A stretch of 63,357 nt of DNA, filler included, from Candidatus Zapsychrus exili (GTDB taxonomy: Bacteria; Omnitrophota; Gorgyraeia; Zapsychrales; Zapsychraceae): assembly GCA_030765585.1 (NCBI GenBank). It is 5 parts of 5 records of this genome, joined end to end, with 100 filler letters (N's around TTAATTAATTAA, not from the genome) between each part and the next. Parts side by side here need not be neighbours in the genome. Positions count along the whole stretch, not along the records: positions 57,856 to 60,669 come from JAVCCJ010000047.1; positions 60,770 to 63,357 come from JAVCCJ010000028.1; 3 more parts are not named here. One strand, 5' to 3'. Made by a program: the position numbers and the translations under genes. Below the pieces are notes generated by a model that saw nothing but the letters and a program-made list of their open reading frames with translations, was not told the DNA's origin and ran no database searches. How positions within the stretch are numbered: the first letter of the stretch is position 1; the number at the start of each line of letters is the position of its first letter. Positions 57,984-63,357 of the stretch are shown piece after piece.

Positions 57984-58248
57984 GGTATGTAATTTTTGTG
58001 GGACTCCATACGTATTAACAGAAACGAGAGATAGGTCACTTTATGATTTCTATGTGAAGAAATCAAAGATATGGAAAGCTATTAGGGAATGGGCATTAGA
58101 AAGGGCAGGAAATCGTTGTCAAGAATGTGGAAAATTTGGGTTGCTGGAAGTCCATCACTGCAATTATAATAGATTAGGCCATGAATGGCCTATTGATCTT
58201 ATCGTGTTATGTAGTGGCTGTCATTCAAAAAAACACTTAGATAAATGA
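57961..58248 (+). CDS. HNH endonuclease
   Basis: W..IR...LERAGNRCQECG...LEVHH..Y...LCSGCH; start uncertain. Confidence 0.8.
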   Translation: MKRTSRSKVCNFCGTPYVLTETRDRSLYDFYVKKSKIWKAIREWALERAGNRCQECGKFGLLEVHHCNYNRLGHEWPIDLIVLCSGCHSKKHLDK

Positions 58249-58356
58249 GAAATGGTTGACATGGCGCATTTAAAGGTGGTATTATTGACGAAACCGGAAA
58301 GCTTTGGGGGCAATCCGGTTTCTAATCACAACCACATACGTAAAGGATATGCTGTC

Positions 58357-59109
58357 ATGACCGATTCTATTATTACCAAAACCTGCTCAAAATGTAAAGT
58401 TGAAAAGTCCGTTTCTGAGTTCTACAAAAGAAAATCATCGCTAGATGGGCGGCGGTCAAATTGTAAATCTTGTGTCAAAGAATATCAAGAAAAGAATAAA
58501 GATAAGATTTTTCTAATAAAGAAACAATATCGTGAAGCACATAAAGATGATATATCTGATTATCAAAAAGAATATCGTAAAAACCATGATTTCTCCAGAT
58601 ATAAAAAAGAATACTATTTCAGCAACAGAGAAAAAATATTGAATCAAAAAAAAGTTTATCGTCAAAACAACGATAGGCTAACCTATGATAAAAAATATTA
58701 TGCTGAAAATAGAGAAAAAATAATAGCAATAAAAAAGATTTATCATCATGAAAACAAAGATATAATTTCAAAAAAATCAAAACAATATCGTAAGACCAAG
58801 TCTTATAAAAATGCAGCAACAAGGGCAAGGCATAAACGAAGAGCGTTAATGGTTAATGTTACAATAGAAGATTTTGACCCCATTTCAATATTTGAAAGAG
58901 ATAATTATATTTGCCAATTATGCGGTCGTAAAACTAGGCCAAATTATAAAAACCCCCATCATTGTTTGTATCCCAACTTAGATCATATTTTGCCCTTGTC
59001 CAAGGGCGGCGAACATTCCAAACGTAATACCCAATGCCTTTGTCATAAATGCAATATGGAAAAAAATAATAAGACTGATTTCGGCGACCAGTTACGTCTT
59101 TTTGGTTAA
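58357..59109 (+). CDS. HNH homing endonuclease with N-terminal Zn finger and helical repeats
   Basis: KTCSKC...CKSC; RDNYICQLCG, LDHILPLSKGGEH, CLCHKCN; start MTDS behind AAGGA. Confidence 0.88.
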   Translation: MTDSIITKTCSKCKVEKSVSEFYKRKSSLDGRRSNCKSCVKEYQEKNKDKIFLIKKQYREAHKDDISDYQKEYRKNHDFSRYKKEYYFSNREKILNQKKVYRQNNDRLTYDKKYYAENREKIIAIKKIYHHENKDIISKKSKQYRKTKSYKNAATRARHKRRALMVNVTIEDFDPISIFERDNYICQLCGRKTRPNYKNPHHCLYPNLDHILPLSKGGEHSKRNTQCLCHKCNMEKNNKTDFGDQLRLFG

Positions 59110-59142
59110 ATAACATTAAAAAGAACATAATAGAAATGATTA

Positions 59143-59835
59143 ATGAGGCATAATAAAATGGGGAAAAGACAATCAATCACAGTCAATGGTGTAAAGTTTG
59201 ATACCAAGTCAGCACTACGAAAATATATAAGATGTATTCTTTATAAGTATCCTGATAGGGGTATCTTGGACGATAATGATTTTTGTTTTATGCTATCGAT
59301 CCTTGATCGCCATGAAGACCCCTCCAGTAAAATCGGTTGTGGGGTACAATCCATGGAAGTCAGGGTAAACCCTGTCTTCAAAAACATGGGGTTTTGGCTT
59401 ATAAGAGTGGATGAGTCGGAAACTGATTTTAGCTTTGAAATATGCTTAAAACATCAGACAAAACTACATAAATTCAAGGGTGCATGCAGGTCGGCTATAG
59501 CGGATGATATAATTTCTTTCAAGAATGACTTCTTTTTTAATAATAACAGCCCCGTGTGCCAGCTTACGGGTGGGGCTATAAATAAATCAAATTCTCACGT
59601 TGACCATTCTCCCCCCAACACCTTTAATGATATTTTTAATAACTTTATAACTGAATATGGAATTGACCCTGATAGAGTTGAATTGTTAACTTCTGAAGAC
59701 GGTAGGGTAAGGAACGAGATAGCAGATTTGAGCATGAGACTAAAATTTGTCAAATTCCATAATAATATGGCTAATCTAAGGTGCATAAGCGCATTCGCTA
59801 ATTTAAGTATTGTTAAACGTATAAGACGGTGTTGA
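59143..59835 (+). CDS. DCL/DUF3223-like protein with C-terminal HNH-like region
   Basis: RH..KIGCGV...FWLIRVD.SETDFSF..C; C.LTG...HVDH. Confidence 0.7.
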   Translation: MRHNKMGKRQSITVNGVKFDTKSALRKYIRCILYKYPDRGILDDNDFCFMLSILDRHEDPSSKIGCGVQSMEVRVNPVFKNMGFWLIRVDESETDFSFEICLKHQTKLHKFKGACRSAIADDIISFKNDFFFNNNSPVCQLTGGAINKSNSHVDHSPPNTFNDIFNNFITEYGIDPDRVELLTSEDGRVRNEIADLSMRLKFVKFHNNMANLRCISAFANLSIVKRIRRC

Positions 59836-59839
59836 GATA

Positions 59840-60412
59840 ATGGTTTATTTTATACAAAACGTTGTGAATAAGAAAATAAAGATAGGATTTTCAAGCGATC
59901 CTACGAAAAGGATTAAATCATTACAAACGGCATCTTCAGATAAGTTAAAAATGATCGGTAAGTTAGATGGCGATAGGAAGTTTGAAACAGAGTTGCATAA
60001 TCAGTTTAGTCATCTTAGATGTGGCGGTGAATGGTTCACAAATGGTGAAGATTTAATAACCTTCATAAAACATTCTAAAGAACATAAGAAAAAACTTAAT
60101 CCAGATATAGAAGACCTAGGATATTTAAATTCAAAAGATACTATGGTTTGCTGGGATGCTGGGGGTGGGATTGAGCTTTTCGGGTGGCCTGATAAATACA
60201 GGTTAAGTAGAAAATATAGATATTCAGATTTAGCATGTTATTCCCATGTCCAAAACATTGAAACATCAATAAAAATGCAAAATTATATTTCTGATATGGC
60301 GTTGGTAATCGTTATCCATTATAAAGTTTCGCCAAAAAACATACATAAAGAACTATGTAAATTAATTGGTTATAATGGTTGTTATGCTTCTACAATATTG
60401 TGTGGTTCATAA
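59840..60412 (+). CDS. T5orf172/GIY-YIG-like nuclease
   Basis: VYFIQ...IKIGFS.DP.KRI..LQT...E..LH..F..LR..GEWF. Confidence 0.85.
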   Translation: MVYFIQNVVNKKIKIGFSSDPTKRIKSLQTASSDKLKMIGKLDGDRKFETELHNQFSHLRCGGEWFTNGEDLITFIKHSKEHKKKLNPDIEDLGYLNSKDTMVCWDAGGGIELFGWPDKYRLSRKYRYSDLACYSHVQNIETSIKMQNYISDMALVIVIHYKVSPKNIHKELCKLIGYNGCYASTILCGS

Positions 60413-60428
60413 GGAGGGCAATAATAGA

Positions 60429-60669
60429 ATGATCGACCTAAACAGCAAAAGTAAGGAAAGCGTGTCAGATGATATCAACGGGCATATCGATGACGCGCTT
60501 ATGGCGAAAAAGCGGTCAAAGAGAACGTATCTCGGGGCGTCCATGCTCGGGAAAGAATGTATCCGCCAGGTACAATATGATTTTCATCATACCCCAGTTG
60601 ACGATGGGAAAGGATTCTCTGCGAAAACATACCGCATATTTGAGCTCGGGCATATCCTTGAAGAGTCCA
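60429..60669 (+). CDS. Phage PD-(D/E)XK/Cas4-like exonuclease, N-terminal part (truncated)
   Basis: RTYLGASMLGKECIRQVQY...RIFELGH..E; AAGGAGG RBS. Confidence 0.75.
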
Positions 60670-60769
60670 NNNNNNNNNNNNNNNNNNNNNNNNNNNNNNN
60701 NNNNNNNNNNNNNTTAATTAATTAANNNNNNNNNNNNNNNNNNNNNNNNNNNNNNNNNNNNNNNNNNNN
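60670..60769. other. Artificial contig spacer
   Basis: N-run with TTAATTAATTAA core. Confidence 0.99.
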
Positions 60770-60790
60770 ATTTCATAATTAAGTACATGA

Positions 60791-60822
60791 AACCCCTGGC
60801 AATAATGCTAGGGGTCTTTTTT
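60791..60822 (+). terminator. Terminator-like hairpin immediately before the 60827 start
   Basis: ACCCCTGGCA-ATAA-TGCTAGGGGT then TTTTTT. Confidence 0.6.
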
Positions 60823-60826
60823 ATTT

Positions 60827-62812
60827 ATGGATAAAATGAGAAGAATATTAACAATTATAATAGTGGTTGCTTTTGCTGTTAACAGCGCAGGGCAGGGGTA
60901 TGCCTTAAGGCCTATGGCATCTGCAAGTTCTGTTTGGGAGAAATTATATGGGAAGAGAAGCTATTCAGATGCAAATGGAAAATGGGGTGTAAGAGCTTTA
61001 ATAAAACATCTTGTGGAATCCAGATTATCAAAGAAGCGCAAACCGATATTAATTTTAGATATTGGAGGTCATAAAGGTGAAGCTAGTACAGATTTAGGCA
61101 TAAAAGGCCACCGTGTTAAGGTTTTAGGTATAGATATTGGACTGCCTAGAGAGCTTAACAAGGAAGGAGATTTAGTTTTACTGAAGGGTGATGTTGCAAA
61201 GCTTAAGCGCTTAAAACTACCAAATAATTTCAATCAATTTTTTGATCTAACAACACCGCATCAAAATAGCGATTTACTATCCGAAAGATTTATGGGGGTT
61301 TTTGATATTGTTGTGATCTCAGATGTTTTGAATTATGTTGATTTTAAAAGAGTACTGTCCTCTGCTATCCCGTTACTGTCAAGATCAGGTTATTTGGTTA
61401 TACTAAATACACCAGGTCAAGATGATGAAAGCAAGATTTTCAGTAAATTATTTTCGCCAAAAGGAATAACGCAAAAAGGCCAAATAAAACGCTATCTTAC
61501 ACGATACCACAAAGCAACATTAGAACAAATTAATGTTGATAATGAATTTGATTTAGCTGGCTCTGCAAGTGCTATAAAGTACTTGTTTTTAATGTGTAAT
61601 GCTCCGCAGGCCGAATTATTACTATTTAAAAAGCAGATTGATGTTAGTAATCCTAAAACTTCCTCAGCAGGGAACAGAGAAGAAGGGTTAGAGGTAGCTT
61701 TAGGGAGTCAATATCCAGTTTCTTTGACCAGCATAGGAGATAATGATTGGATAGCAAAAAGCGGACAGGTTTCAAGCGCGGAATTTGTAGTTAAGGAGTT
61801 TACAAGTTCTGCTGATAATGTTCAAAAACCAGAAGTTAGTCTATTTAGAATCTTGCATACAGAGGCAGGACGTGAATTAGTCACACATTGGATTTGTAAA
61901 TATCCAAATAGTAATGGTGATAAAAATCCTATTAAAGTCAAGAGGGTTGTAGAGTATTTAAGTGATGCTGATCACAGAACAGCTAATTTTATGACAGAGC
62001 TTAGTGGATTATTCCCTATTCTGAATACAATGCGCCAATCTTATGATAATTATTATTCAAACTTAGCAAAGAGTCCGTTAACAGCAATAAAAAAGACTTT
62101 ATACATAAAAGAATATATTGAAGGCCCTATTGTTGCGGACATGGGATGCGGATGGAATATTTTAGGTAGAGAAATATTGCAAAATAACCCCAAAGTCTCT
62201 CGTGTAATAGGTGTAGATATTGAGAAGCAGGCAAAGGCTCGTTTACCAGAACAGGTTGAATTTCGACAGATGTCGGAACCTTCAGTTATACCTATAGCTG
62301 AAGGGGCCGTTAATACTGCAATATTATCGTTTACCTTACATCACTTAAGTGTTAATACATTAAACTTCTTAAAGGAGGTCCGACGAATATTGCCTGTAAA
62401 TGGAAAGGTTATAGTGCTTGAGGATGGTTTTAGTAACACCATCCAACCTGAATCAACAGATGTTTTATCTGATATGTTCTTTCGATTGCCAAGTGATGAA
62501 GATCGATTCTCTTTTTTATGGTTTGTAGATTGGTTCATACATAACTTTGTAAACAGATCAAGAGAGCCATTGGTGCCTGGTAATTATAAGACATTGGAAA
62601 GTTGGAAAAAAGACTTTAAAATGGCAGGTTTTAGAGTTATTGAAGACAGGCATTTGGGCTTTGAAAGAATAGGATCAAGAAACCCTGTAAATAGACTTCT
62701 CCTTGTATTGGAGGCCATTGAAGATCAAAACACGCAAAACATACAGTCAGCAAAGCCGCGCCATACAAAACAAGAGCACGGCTTATCAAGCCTGATTAAT
62801 TCAGCCGCTTAA
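60827..62812 (+). CDS. Signal-peptide protein with two class I SAM-methyltransferase domains
   Basis: MRRILTIIIVVAF...GYALRPMA; ILDIGG...FDIVV..DVLNY; VADMGCG...FTLHH...EVRRIL; ends LINSAA. Confidence 0.8.
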   Translation: MDKMRRILTIIIVVAFAVNSAGQGYALRPMASASSVWEKLYGKRSYSDANGKWGVRALIKHLVESRLSKKRKPILILDIGGHKGEASTDLGIKGHRVKVLGIDIGLPRELNKEGDLVLLKGDVAKLKRLKLPNNFNQFFDLTTPHQNSDLLSERFMGVFDIVVISDVLNYVDFKRVLSSAIPLLSRSGYLVILNTPGQDDESKIFSKLFSPKGITQKGQIKRYLTRYHKATLEQINVDNEFDLAGSASAIKYLFLMCNAPQAELLLFKKQIDVSNPKTSSAGNREEGLEVALGSQYPVSLTSIGDNDWIAKSGQVSSAEFVVKEFTSSADNVQKPEVSLFRILHTEAGRELVTHWICKYPNSNGDKNPIKVKRVVEYLSDADHRTANFMTELSGLFPILNTMRQSYDNYYSNLAKSPLTAIKKTLYIKEYIEGPIVADMGCGWNILGREILQNNPKVSRVIGVDIEKQAKARLPEQVEFRQMSEPSVIPIAEGAVNTAILSFTLHHLSVNTLNFLKEVRRILPVNGKVIVLEDGFSNTIQPESTDVLSDMFFRLPSDEDRFSFLWFVDWFIHNFVNRSREPLVPGNYKTLESWKKDFKMAGFRVIEDRHLGFERIGSRNPVNRLLLVLEAIEDQNTQNIQSAKPRHTKQEHGLSSLINSAA

Positions 62813-63097
62813 TTCCCTTGAAAATCTCCCAAATTCACGTTAAAATATCCTAAATACCACTATACCTATAATATATATAACTACTAAGGCTAAAAGCCTC
62901 TCAACACTCCTTAATGAGCCTAAAGACCTTCAAAAGATAGAGACTGTTATTGATATGTTAAAGGTATGAGTGTTTAAGTAGATGGTTGTTTTGGTTTTAC
63001 CGCAAGGGGAATGTAGACCTTGAGGCGTAGCTGAAGGAGAGAAGAACGGGTTGTTTATGGGGGAGGGTAATCAGTCTAAACATTTTTATGTTTTTTA

Positions 63098-63143
63098 GTT
63101 GACATATCGTATCGGATAGTGTATATTTTAGGTGTATCCGATA
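63098..63143 (+). promoter_or_regulatory. Sigma70 promoter with inverted repeat upstream of the Fic gene
   Basis: TTGACA-N17-TATATT; TATCGGATA ... TATCCGATA. Confidence 0.6.
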
Positions 63144-63159
63144 GTCTTTAGGAGGTTAT

Positions 63160-63357
63160 ATGTTTATAGATAAAGATTTATATACCAGAATACTAGAGAA
63201 GAAAATGGAGCTTAGTAAATTAAGGCCTTTTTCTAAATCTGCTCTAAAAAAACTAAGAGAACGCATAATTGTTGAATGGACTTACAATTCAGATGCAATT
63301 GAGGGAAATTCACTTAGCCTAAAAGAGACAAAACTAGTTTTAGAAGACGGTCTTACA
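63160..63357 (+). CDS. Fic-family protein, N-terminal part (runs off the window)
   Basis: Manual translation ...LRPFS...VEWTYNSDAIEGNSLSLKETKLVLEDGLT; AGGAGG RBS. Confidence 0.85.
   Translation, partial: MFIDKDLYTRILEKKMELSKLRPFSKSALKKLRERIIVEWTYNSDAIEGNSLSLKETKLVLEDGLT

Overview
The window is five AT-rich contigs joined by artificial 100-nt N-TTAATTAATTAA-N spacers (27591-27690, 54204-54303, 57756-57855, 60670-60769), probably a MAG. The giant signal-peptide proteins resemble families I recall from Omnitrophota (OP3); this taxonomy is an unverified inference. Contig 1 (1-27590): trehalose-6-phosphate phosphatase-like gene, giant coiled-coil protein, radical SAM, ActP/DUF485, a 1850-aa modular secreted protein, AbrB plus amber-interrupted RelE, lexA, an ECF sigma/anti-sigma locus with a c-di-GMP-I riboswitch, GGDEF-EAL, HEPN/MNT, a transglutaminase-like gene and an IS30 end. 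Contig 2 (27691-54203): hicAB between dif-like sites, then housekeeping and signalling genes (corA, clpB, MscS, TamB-like, two-component systems, treS, CarD-like). Contig 3: a truncated paralog of the modular protein. Contig 4: a phage-like nuclease cluster. Contig 5: a second family of signal-peptide methyltransferase polyprotein and the start of a Fic gene. Best novel-system candidate: secreted polyproteins with a shared N-terminal domain carrying variable cytoplasm-acting cargo (SAM methyltransferases, 8xHTH, sigma70-like) separated by a recurring D-x-A-M motif and duplicated DNA linkers, with in-frame palindromic elements inserted in the N-domain loops. No rRNA, tRNA or CRISPR was seen.
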